Shown piece by piece: positions 1-8,304 of a stretch of DNA of 24,444 bases. Position 1 is the first letter of the stretch. Every line of letters starts with the position of its first letter. The stretch is from a bacterium (GTDB lineage: Bacteria > Oederibacteriota > PGYV01 > Palsa-1178). The position numbers and the translations under genes were made by a program. Where the stretch lies: assembly GCA_037138355.1 (NCBI GenBank), contig JBAXIL010000026.1:1-24444 (forward strand), written 5' to 3'. Under the pieces are notes generated by a model, which was not told where the DNA came from, ran no database searches, and saw only the letters and a list, made by a program, of their open reading frames with translations.

Positions 1-356
1 TTCACTTGATTTTTTGCAGCCGTAGTTGGTGCAGCGCCTGATGCTCTCACTCCATCATATCCTTCCATACCAGCATTGGCAAAAACATACCCATTACTTG
101 TAGCCCAAGTTTTAACCGTGTACCACAAGTCATAAGTCACTTCATATTTTCCAATTTTAAAAGCAGAAATTGTATGAACAAAACTATGTGCGATGGTATC
201 TGTCTGAGTAAATGTTCCAGCAGGAACAGACACAAACGCCGCATAATCGGTTGGAGCCGCAGTGGCTATCGCTGTTACAGAAGTCTTGGAACATCCTGAA
301 AATAATACAAAAAATACAACACTTGCTAAAACAAAAAACAAACTAATTTTTTTCAT
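1..356 (-). CDS. FGE-sulfatase (SUMF1/C-type lectin fold) domain lipoprotein, 5' part only; paralog of 382..1311
   Basis: Not in the ORF track. Manual translation from ATG at 356 (RBS GAGGAG at ~362-367) gives MKKISLFFVLASVVFFVLFSGCSKTSVTAIATAAPTDYAAFVSVPAGTFTQTDTIAHSFVHTISAFKIGKYEVTYDLWYTVKTWATSNGYVFANAGMEGYDG..., open to the window edge. It has lipobox FSGC and is colinear with the neighbour (DYAALVSVPGGTF, ISAFKMGKYQVTYDLW). Confidence 0.9.
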   Translation of the reverse strand, partial: MKKISLFFVLASVVFFVLFSGCSKTSVTAIATAAPTDYAAFVSVPAGTFTQTDTIAHSFVHTISAFKIGKYEVTYDLWYTVKTWATSNGYVFANAGMEGYDGVRASGAAPTTAAKNQV

Positions 357-381
357 TTTTTCTCCTCAAGATTTTTTTTTA

Positions 382-1311
382 TTAGTAAGTCCTCGCAAAA
401 CGGAAACCATAGTAGGCGAGCGCAAGAGACGGTCCGGGGAATGCGCGGTGTCCCAGTTGTAAATATGATATAGTATTCATGAAATCGCCGCCTCTCAGAG
501 TGCGCAAGGTGCCACTCACAAGACCTCTATAATTTGTTATTGTTCCTGTTGGATATGTACCATACCAATCCCAGCAAAACTCCCACACATTTCCAGACAT
601 ATCATAAATACCAAGAGCATTAGCGTCCTTACTACCAACATTATTAGTATGTCCACCTGAGTTTATAATATACCAAGCCACACGACCAGTCTCTGTATTA
701 TCTGTCGTGTCTGCTATTGCTCCGCTGGCATAATTATAAGGTGTCCAAGTTAATCCGCCTATATAACTTGCAGCATATTGCCACTCGCCCTCTGATGGCA
801 ATCTATATCCGTTATTTTCCCATACGCAAATAACCCCATCACAAGCTGTTGAATTAGAACTTCTCGAATCTCTAATTACAGCACTTGCATAATAATAACA
901 AGGTGCTAATGAACTTTTTTCGCTAAACGCATTGCACCAAACTATGGCATCTCGCCAGTTAATTATTGTGACTGGTTCGTACTTTTCAACAGTAGTATCA
1001 GCTCCTACAATACCGTCATTACCCTCAGTACCAGCATTTTGAAAATTATATCCATGAGTAATTGCCCAATGATATACAGTGAACCACAAATCATATGTCA
1101 CTTGATACTTTCCCATTTTAAAAGCAGAGATTATATGAGTAAAACTATTAGTCCCGTCTGACTGTAAAAATGTACCGCCAGGAACTGATACCAGAGCCGC
1201 ATAATCAACTGGCTCTGGGGCAGAAGCTGTAGGCGTACTTTTCGCACAACCAGAAAGCAATAATACAAAAAACAAACTCGCCAAAGCCGCGACACAAATG
1301 ATTTTTCTCAT
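382..1311 (-). CDS. FGE-sulfatase (SUMF1/C-type lectin fold) domain lipoprotein
   Basis: Lipobox LSGC. Family motifs PVTIINWRDAIVWCN, GYRLPSEGEWQYAA, NALGIYDMSGNVWEFCWDWY, RGG...GFRFAR. Start placed at ATG 1311 (MRKII, preceded by AAGGGG) rather than the track's 1335. The C-terminal catalytic Cys pair of true formylglycine-generating enzymes is absent. Confidence 0.92.
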   Translation of the reverse strand: MRKIICVAALASLFFVLLLSGCAKSTPTASAPEPVDYAALVSVPGGTFLQSDGTNSFTHIISAFKMGKYQVTYDLWFTVYHWAITHGYNFQNAGTEGNDGIVGADTTVEKYEPVTIINWRDAIVWCNAFSEKSSLAPCYYYASAVIRDSRSSNSTACDGVICVWENNGYRLPSEGEWQYAASYIGGLTWTPYNYASGAIADTTDNTETGRVAWYIINSGGHTNNVGSKDANALGIYDMSGNVWEFCWDWYGTYPTGTITNYRGLVSGTLRTLRGGDFMNTISYLQLGHRAFPGPSLALAYYGFRFARTY

Positions 1312-1363
1312 TCTAATACCCCTTTTAAATATCAATTTTCTATAATCCTACTACTTTGGTGTT

Positions 1364-1391
1364 ATTATACTGGTTAAAAAGGTTATGTCAA
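1364..1391 (-). promoter_or_regulatory. sigma70-type promoter for the FGE-domain lipoprotein genes
   Basis: Minus strand reads TTGACA-N16-TATAAT (perfect hexamers), about 50 nt upstream of ATG 1311. Confidence 0.75.
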
Positions 1392-1452
1392 CTAATTATT
1401 AATTATTAAAGAGGAATTCTCGAAATGATTATTTGAATTATAAACACAAAAC

Positions 1453-1480
1453 AAAAAAGTCCGGCTTTAAAACGCCGGAC
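1453..1480 (-). terminator. Rho-independent terminator
   Basis: Stem GTCCGGC (1459-1465) / GCCGGAC (1474-1480), 8-nt loop, followed on the minus strand by TTTTTT. Lies ~50 nt downstream of the 1533 stop. Confidence 0.8.
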
Positions 1481-1532
1481 CTTTGAATTAATGCTCCTAT
1501 ATTAAGGAAGCTACTCTTATTTATTCAAACAA

Positions 1533-1850
1533 CTACTTGCACGGAACATCGTATAAATCCCTGAGATATTTGACTGCTTTTGCGCGTTCTTCCTTTGTCT
1601 CTTTTTCCATATAACAAACTGCCACTGCTATAGTTCCTATCCCATGACAGCCCTTAGTCCAACATACAACATTGGGGCTCGTAGTAGCATGAGTCCTAAC
1701 TTTATCAGATTCTTGTACATCCAAAAGGTAGTATCTCGCATCTATTTTTATATCCTTGCATAAAACTATATATACTCCTGCTTTTTCAAACATTTGTCTT
1801 GTGGACTGATAAGGTCCTTCAAATTCATAAGTTCCAAATTTTAAACTCAT
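1533..1850 (-). CDS. small hypothetical protein, GIY-YIG-like fold, apparently degenerate active site
   Basis: RBS GAGGGG. Pattern FEGPY...AGVYIVLC...YYLLDVQES..VR...C-terminal PC resembles small stand-alone GIY-YIG-like proteins. Five Cys residues. Confidence 0.6.
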   Translation of the reverse strand: MSLKFGTYEFEGPYQSTRQMFEKAGVYIVLCKDIKIDARYYLLDVQESDKVRTHATTSPNVVCWTKGCHGIGTIAVAVCYMEKETKEERAKAVKYLRDLYDVPCK

Positions 1851-1890
1851 TGCCCCTCATTTCAATAACTCGTATTGGATTTATAAAATA

Positions 1891-2298
1891 TTATCTTACT
1901 TTCCCTCTTAGAAATGTTGCCATTTTACTATCTATGTTTTTCATATGCCCTTCAAACCAATCAGCAACTTTACGACTTTCTTCATGAACTTCTTTTGCAC
2001 TTATCTGTCCTAACTTAAATTTTTCTTTAACCAACTTCATATCATCTAAAATACGAATGTGATCTTTTTGGTGTAAGAGATATTCCGGATACCTGTAAAT
2101 TGCCATATAATCTTCTTCTGTTTTAAAATGCTCATGCGAATATGTTTCAAAAAGTCCAATTGCCGCTATTATTTCATCATTAGATTTCAAGACATCCACT
2201 GCCTCAGAAATTTCATTTATATTGCGAACCATTTTTCTATGTTGTACATCTATCACACCTATACCTACCGACATCTCAGGTTTCCATTCCGTGTACAT
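1891..2298 (-). CDS. bacteriohemerythrin (single-domain di-iron protein)
   Basis: W...SVGIGVIDVQH, HFKTEEDYM, YPEYLLHQKDH, WFEGHMKNID: full H/HxxxE/HxxxH/HxxxxD ligand set. RBS GGGAG. Confidence 0.93.
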   Translation of the reverse strand: MYTEWKPEMSVGIGVIDVQHRKMVRNINEISEAVDVLKSNDEIIAAIGLFETYSHEHFKTEEDYMAIYRYPEYLLHQKDHIRILDDMKLVKEKFKLGQISAKEVHEESRKVADWFEGHMKNIDSKMATFLRGKVR

Positions 2299-2317
2299 AT
2301 CGTTCTCCCTTTGTCCT

Positions 2318-2773
2318 TTAGTCCTCGTATTTCTTTATAAGTCTATAACCAGTATATGGCACATCTGACACAAAAAGTCCTGACACTTTATAACCGTCTT
2401 TGCCTTCATCATATAAAACAACTTTTTGATAAGTGATTGCATTTTCACTTACAGCAGTATAAAACACAATTAATTCTTTTGAGCCACCTTCAGTAAAATA
2501 TTCAGTCGCCCTTGTTCCTTCAAACTTTCCAAACTTTTTAAAGAAAAACTCTGTGGTTTTTTCAAGCTCTTGCTTTCCAAAATGATCTTTATAAAATTGA
2601 TTTGTCATGGCATAGGCCTTATCTGTGTTTTTTTCAGAATACAAAATACTTAAAAATTCATTTGCTACACTTCTGGCTTTTTCAGGATTGTGATAGTATA
2701 TCAATCCGCAACCAGCAAAATAAATAAATAAGGTGGCTAAAGCAATTACTTTAATTAATGATTTTATTTTCAT
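2318..2773 (-). CDS. lipoprotein, probable NTF2-like (DUF3887/DUF4019-like) fold
   Basis: Start at ATG 2773 (MKIKS) overlapping the upstream stop as ATGA. Lipobox FAGC. A..FL..L......AY helix and terminal YKVSGLF strand are typical of NTF2-like DUFs (fold is inference). Confidence 0.65.
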   Translation of the reverse strand: MKIKSLIKVIALATLFIYFAGCGLIYYHNPEKARSVANEFLSILYSEKNTDKAYAMTNQFYKDHFGKQELEKTTEFFFKKFGKFEGTRATEYFTEGGSKELIVFYTAVSENAITYQKVVLYDEGKDGYKVSGLFVSDVPYTGYRLIKKYED

Positions 2774-3762
2774 TGGGATGTCCACATATCTCTATATAAC
2801 TTTTCTCCTGCCATACCACCAGTAAGATAAACTTTATTTTTATATTCTGTAGCAACAAGTCCCGATCTTGCTCCAAACTCTGCCTTTGCAGTTGTTGAAA
2901 GCCAAGAATAGCCATTTATAGTCCACCAAATTTCATTATTTTGCACGCCTTTCAAACCAGTACCACCTATCACCCAAATACGATCTTTATAAGTAATAGC
3001 TGCAAAATCAGACCTGCCAGTAAAACCAGCATTAAGTGTCGCTATTTCCCAGTCAATTCCATTCGCAGACGACCACACATCTGAATAATATGTTTGCTCA
3101 TCTTTTTTTCCACCTATAACCCAGAGCTTCCCTGCAAACGCCAGTAATTTATGTCCTGTCCTTTGTGAAAAACCTTTATCATTATCTTCTTTTAACTTCG
3201 TCCAACTACTGCCATCCTTTGAAGACCATATATCATTAAATGCTTTTTTTCCATTTGTTCCTGCTGATACAATCAAATCGCCATTAAATACCAACGCACT
3301 TAAACCTGCCCTCTCACCAAAACCTGCTGTCGCCGTAGCAGTAGTCCAAACAACTCCATCTGATGAACACCATACATCGCTTAAATATTTATTATTATTT
3401 ATTCCTGCAATTACCCACATTTTATTATTAAAAACTGTATTGCCAAATTCTTCACGCGGTAGAAAATCCACTTTAGCCGAAGCAGTAACCCAGTTTTCAC
3501 AATCTATTGTCCACCAAATATCCGAAGCGCTTCCACTTATATTTCTACCTGCCACTACATAAAAATGTTCATTGAGATTATATGCTGCATGAAATGCTCT
3601 CGCTGGAAAATTGCAAAAGCGTTCGCCTTGCGACCAAGCTTTCATATTAGGTGTGGCTGTGGCTTGAGCATAAGATGATATAGAAGCAGTAGTAGGCGGA
3701 GACATTTTAGAACAAGCTGACATACCTGTGATAACTAATAAAACAATTAAAAATGTTCTCAT
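2770..3762 (-). CDS. Kelch-like six-bladed beta-propeller lipoprotein
   Basis: Lipobox MSAC and a Ser/Thr/Pro linker, then six ~50-aa repeats of F.xR..h....f..khWVIGG......sDVWsS.DG..W. Confidence 0.85.
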   Translation of the reverse strand: MRTFLIVLLVITGMSACSKMSPPTTASISSYAQATATPNMKAWSQGERFCNFPARAFHAAYNLNEHFYVVAGRNISGSASDIWWTIDCENWVTASAKVDFLPREEFGNTVFNNKMWVIAGINNNKYLSDVWCSSDGVVWTTATATAGFGERAGLSALVFNGDLIVSAGTNGKKAFNDIWSSKDGSSWTKLKEDNDKGFSQRTGHKLLAFAGKLWVIGGKKDEQTYYSDVWSSANGIDWEIATLNAGFTGRSDFAAITYKDRIWVIGGTGLKGVQNNEIWWTINGYSWLSTTAKAEFGARSGLVATEYKNKVYLTGGMAGEKLYRDMWTSQ

Positions 3763-3770
3763 AGTTGATT

Positions 3771-3799
3771 ATTATATATGCGGAGTTGTATTTTGTCAA
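3771..3799 (-). promoter_or_regulatory. consensus sigma70 promoter, possibly giving a leaderless or near-leaderless mRNA
   Basis: TTGACA (3799-3794)-N17-TATAAT (3776-3771), then only 8 nt (AATCAACT) before ATG 3762. Confidence 0.78.
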
Positions 3800-3812
3800 A
3801 GCGTATAATGAA

Positions 3813-6800
3813 TTAAGCTTTCCCTACTAAACTTTTTTTTCCTTGTTTTTCCGCCACACGCCCTGCTTGTAAACAAAAACTTTCAAATCTGGCTTCCAGC
3901 AATTGCGGATACGGATTTCCATCGGCTTCTATAGTCAGAAACGGCATTCTATCATTATCATTATACCCTTTCTGTTTTAGCTTAACACCTGCCTGTGCAT
4001 ATGCTTCCTTTTGACTTTTAAAATCCAAATTGTTTGCAGCAATTGCTTCAGTGTAACGCACTGGCATACAAGAAAATGGACCTATATTTACTATACCTGC
4101 ATATTTATTAAATACATCTCTCATAGTCACTCCTACAATCATTCCTGGTTCGCCTTTTAAAGATTTTGGCAATATATGTTCGGAGTATTTCACTATATCA
4201 TCTATATCCACTGCTTCTACTTCGCAGAGCCCTGACTTTGCCAAAATCTTTTTTATTTTCAGTTCTATAAACTTCTGCGTCATATCAGTTATAAGAAACT
4301 CAATCCAACCGAGCATAGTATATTCTGGTATGTGAAGCTTATTATTAATCATATATGTCAAATAATATAACCACTCTGACAAATGCGCAGTTCTGGCTAT
4401 AAATCCTTTTTCTGCAAGTCGTTTTGCTATATTTTTATTTGAAAAAGCATCTCTGCGAACAAATATTTCTCCCATGACCGACACCGTAGGTGCTTCATGG
4501 AGTTTCATTGTTAATGGTATTTTTTTAAATACGGCAACAGTTTTTCTCAACTGTTTATATATATCTTTATCAGACGAACCTTCTATGGCTGCTATCACTT
4601 TTTTGCGTTCTTCATTAAAAATTACTTCCGCTGCTTTTACATCTTTAGCAATAGTCCAAAGCGTGTTTCTGATATCATCTAACATATCCGCCGCGACCAT
4701 ACCTTTCCAGGCATTTATCATAAGTGATGGGCCAAAGCCGGTATAGCGTTCTTCATTTGCCAAAGATATCACTGCTACATTTTCAATTTTCTTTTCTCTA
4801 ATTAACATATTCATAAATACATGATACTGTCCCAAGCGACAATAACCCGCAGCGCGTGGCTGAAACACGATAAGCTTTTCATTTTTATCTCTTTTGCTTT
4901 CTATATATTTTAGCATTGTGCCAACCGTCAATACCATAGGAAGACATTCTTTACCTGTGGTTACACTCCTACCTATTTTCAATGTTTCAGAATCAGATAC
5001 ATCCATCGCCTCGGCTTTCACTCCTGCTTTTCTAAAAGCGGCAGCGATAAACTCTGTGGATAAATCATTCATGGAAGGCATTATCACTTTGACAGATGGG
5101 TCTGTAATCTTTGTTTTTATACCTTTAGAATCCACAAAAAACATTCCTGTATTTTCTATTAACATTTTTGCTGGCACAAAACCATTACTACTTATATGCT
5201 GTTTCTTTTTCATAACCTCTATATAATTTTTCACAACATCTATAAAAGCTTCTACTCTGGTATCTATGCCAGCATCCGCTGTGTGACCGTCTAACTCAAG
5301 TGTTAAGGAAGGTTTGTTGTTCATTATGCGCCTGAAATAAGTAACCATAAGAGAATCTATAGCACATAAGAAATTAGTTACATAAAGACCATATAGCTGG
5401 CTATCTTTCTTCACTATTTGTGAAGCGCTTATTAGTTTTTGTCCTATTTCCCAGTGAAGATAATCATCGTGTGGTGTTTCCAATACTTCATCCTCTACTG
5501 GAAGCATATCAAAAGGGATGACGGCAAAACCTCTTGAAGTCAATTTTCTTGGCACACCTTTATTTGTGTCTTCGTTGAAAGCGTGATGCGGAGCCCCTAA
5601 AAGTACTACTGCTATTTTATCAGGATGACTATGCAATTCCTGCAAGAACTGCTTTCCTACTTTTTTCTTTTCTTTATAAAACTCATTTTGCACAGCATTA
5701 GCTTTATCAAAAGCTTCTGCCGCAACTTCAGCTTTAAATCCTATTTTAATTCCGAGTTCTACAAAAGCTTTTTTCTCCGCCTCTACCCCATTTGAAAAAT
5801 TAAGTGTTGGGGCAAGCATTTTCCTTTCAAGGTCTCTACCCTTAAATACCTGCTTCATAAAAAATGCTTCGCCTTGTGTAAATATACAAGTGGCAGAAAA
5901 CTCTTTTCTGGTTTTTGTATTTGCCACATGCATTTCTTCTACATGGGGCATAAATATATAATCAGGATTTTTTCTGAGCAAGTCCTCAAACATACCTATA
6001 GAAACTTGTGCAGGATAACAAAAAGAGGTTGTATGCAAGTGTGCTGCTGTTTCTATATTATCTTTTGAAAGAATTACCTTACAACCTAAGTTAGCGAAAA
6101 AATTATAGTAAAGTGGAAACATTTGAAGGACTATAAAAGATTTATTTATTCCTATGACAGGTGCTTTTGTATTGATAGGCAGGACTGGTGCAAATTTTTC
6201 AAATACCAGCTTGCTTCTGACTTCCACATAATCCAATTTTGCCGCATCTACATTTATATTATATCTTTGATTGTAATATTTATTACACGCACCACCGAAA
6301 GGATAAACTTTGCCTTCTATCCTTATCATGTTTATCAAACATTTTCTGTCGCATTTTTCCTTACCACCCAAACACACAAATGGTTTTTCATTTATTATCT
6401 GTCTATCTATCATTTTCTTTAAATCATAATTGCCTTCTTCAAGCAGTTCTAAGTTCAACCTTTTTTTGACTTCCAAAGCAACACCAAAAGCGCCCATAAG
6501 TCCTGGGTCTGGTGGTACTATAATCTGCTTACCTGTAATGGCTGCCATAGCAAGCGGAACTGCTTTATTATAACAAACACCGCCTTGCATAAACACTTTA
6601 TTGCCGACAGGTCTGTGTCCTTTTACCCTATTCACATAGTTAAAACATATTGAATACACAAGCCCTGCAAGTATATCTTCTTTTGAAATACCTTCATGGC
6701 TGGCGTTTTTTATGTCCGAAGAAATAAATGCCGCACATTGGTCATTAAAGTTTGGTGGCCTTGTAGCTGTGATAGCCATATCTGCAATTGCTTTATAATC

Positions 6801-8144
6801 CACTCCGAGCGATTCAAAAGCTGCTTCTTCAAGAAAGGAACCAGTGCCTGCTGAACATGCCTCGTTCATTGCATAATCCGATGCTACGCCTGCAGTTATG
6901 TGCGTATATTTCGCATCTTGTCCGCCTATTTCAAATATTGTATCCACTTCAGGATCAAAATAAACCGCAGCCGCAGCGTGCGCTATAATTTCATTTATGA
7001 CACCATCAGTTATAGAATACAAACCAGCAATCTGTCTGCCAGAACCTGTCACACCTATATTTACTATATTCACAGGAATTGTGCCTATGTCTTTTAAAAT
7101 ACTTTCATAACATTTACGCGAGGCCTCTATAGGATTTCCACTTGTTCGCAAATATATATCAGCAAGAATTTTATCATCAGACAAACGCATAAGCACAGCT
7201 TTTGTTGTAGTAGAACCGACATCAAGTCCTATTACGCATTTATCTCCCGCCTTAAGCGTTCCTCTTTTCGAACTATTAAAAGTTACAAGCTTTTCAGCGT
7301 CTTTAAGTGGTTTTAATAAAGGAAAACCCGAGTGCCCTTCTTTAAAAAGTTGTTCTGATAATTTTTGTCCTTTAGAAAACGAAGCCACCGCTGCTCCGAG
7401 AGCTTCAAAATATGCGGCCTCCTCTGGAACTGTTACATTTTCTATAAACTTTTTAACACTTGCGATTACTGCTTTATTTAAAGTTGTACCGCCTGTGATA
7501 AGAACATTTTTGTGCGGAACTTTCATAACAAGCTCAGTTATTTTTTCGCCAATCATAGCACAAAGTCCTGCAGTCACATTTGATATAGGTATGCCTTTAT
7601 TTAAAGCGTGCGTGCAATCGGATTTACAAAACACCGAACATCTACCAGAAACACTATAAGGATCTCCAGCCAATGCAGCTGTGACCGCTTCATCTATAGT
7701 TATATTCATTCTTTTTATTTGTTGTAGAAAAAAATCTCCGGTTCCTGAAGCGCATTTATTTCCTGTTGATATACCAGATACCTTTTGTTCATGGTCAAGT
7801 CTATAAACTATGAAGGTTTCTCCACCAGCAGATACCACAGCATCATATTTTTGATTTTTTAGTGATAAATGTTGCAGAGCTTCTTCTACTGCCTCTGGTT
7901 CTGTAATAGAAGGCACATTTACAAACTCCCTAAAACGCCTGCCAGTTACAAGAACTGGACTATCGCCTGTAGAGAGTTCTTTGACCACTTCGGCAAATAT
8001 GGCTTTAGGATTACCATCATGGGCTTTTCTAATAACTCTCTCAACTTTAATGTTATTGTCATTGTTTGAAAGCTCTACCGCACTTATAGTAGAAGCCCCA
8101 AGACATATACCAAATGCTTTTGTCTTCAAATTAGAAATCTCCAT
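3813..8144 (-). CDS. fused acyl-CoA dehydratase activase (two BadF/BadG/BcrA/BcrD ATPase domains, DUF2229, HgdAB-like C-terminal region)
   Basis: GNKCASGTG and SGRCSVFCKSD in domain 1. GLDVGSTTTK, EIGGQDAK, MNEACSAGTGSFLE and QCAAFISSD in domain 2. Later ELDGHTADAGIDTRVEAF, GKECLP, CRLGQY, GPFSCMP. The start may be the in-frame TTG at 8129, which has GGAG upstream. Confidence 0.9.
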   Translation of the reverse strand: MEISNLKTKAFGICLGASTISAVELSNNDNNIKVERVIRKAHDGNPKAIFAEVVKELSTGDSPVLVTGRRFREFVNVPSITEPEAVEEALQHLSLKNQKYDAVVSAGGETFIVYRLDHEQKVSGISTGNKCASGTGDFFLQQIKRMNITIDEAVTAALAGDPYSVSGRCSVFCKSDCTHALNKGIPISNVTAGLCAMIGEKITELVMKVPHKNVLITGGTTLNKAVIASVKKFIENVTVPEEAAYFEALGAAVASFSKGQKLSEQLFKEGHSGFPLLKPLKDAEKLVTFNSSKRGTLKAGDKCVIGLDVGSTTTKAVLMRLSDDKILADIYLRTSGNPIEASRKCYESILKDIGTIPVNIVNIGVTGSGRQIAGLYSITDGVINEIIAHAAAAVYFDPEVDTIFEIGGQDAKYTHITAGVASDYAMNEACSAGTGSFLEEAAFESLGVDYKAIADMAITATRPPNFNDQCAAFISSDIKNASHEGISKEDILAGLVYSICFNYVNRVKGHRPVGNKVFMQGGVCYNKAVPLAMAAITGKQIIVPPDPGLMGAFGVALEVKKRLNLELLEEGNYDLKKMIDRQIINEKPFVCLGGKEKCDRKCLINMIRIEGKVYPFGGACNKYYNQRYNINVDAAKLDYVEVRSKLVFEKFAPVLPINTKAPVIGINKSFIVLQMFPLYYNFFANLGCKVILSKDNIETAAHLHTTSFCYPAQVSIGMFEDLLRKNPDYIFMPHVEEMHVANTKTRKEFSATCIFTQGEAFFMKQVFKGRDLERKMLAPTLNFSNGVEAEKKAFVELGIKIGFKAEVAAEAFDKANAVQNEFYKEKKKVGKQFLQELHSHPDKIAVVLLGAPHHAFNEDTNKGVPRKLTSRGFAVIPFDMLPVEDEVLETPHDDYLHWEIGQKLISASQIVKKDSQLYGLYVTNFLCAIDSLMVTYFRRIMNNKPSLTLELDGHTADAGIDTRVEAFIDVVKNYIEVMKKKQHISSNGFVPAKMLIENTGMFFVDSKGIKTKITDPSVKVIMPSMNDLSTEFIAAAFRKAGVKAEAMDVSDSETLKIGRSVTTGKECLPMVLTVGTMLKYIESKRDKNEKLIVFQPRAAGYCRLGQYHVFMNMLIREKKIENVAVISLANEERYTGFGPSLMINAWKGMVAADMLDDIRNTLWTIAKDVKAAEVIFNEERKKVIAAIEGSSDKDIYKQLRKTVAVFKKIPLTMKLHEAPTVSVMGEIFVRRDAFSNKNIAKRLAEKGFIARTAHLSEWLYYLTYMINNKLHIPEYTMLGWIEFLITDMTQKFIELKIKKILAKSGLCEVEAVDIDDIVKYSEHILPKSLKGEPGMIVGVTMRDVFNKYAGIVNIGPFSCMPVRYTEAIAANNLDFKSQKEAYAQAGVKLKQKGYNDNDRMPFLTIEADGNPYPQLLEARFESFCLQAGRVAEKQGKKSLVGKA

Positions 8145-8304
8145 TCACAAATTAGAATTTTCAAACTCTACATTATATTAAACAATAAATAAACGAGATA
8201 CTAATATACAACATTTTAAGTTGTATTTAAAGAGTTATTTTTTTTAAAAACTTAATGGATAGATGCTTGAAGTTTCGCTTGTTGAAATGTTTGTGCCATT
8301 ATTA

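Noticed and set aside
262..462. 66-aa plus-strand ORF, and the other short antisense ORFs in the track
   Set aside because: They overlap well-supported genes on the opposite strand or in another frame and lack motif support.
382..1311. Formylglycine-generating enzyme or ergothioneine EgtB activity
   Set aside because: The catalytic Cys pair and the DinB-like domain are absent, it is a lipoprotein, and no sulfatase is nearby.
8127..8157. Short direct repeat CAAATTAGAA at the activase start
   Set aside because: A 10-nt AT-rich duplication with no other support for function.
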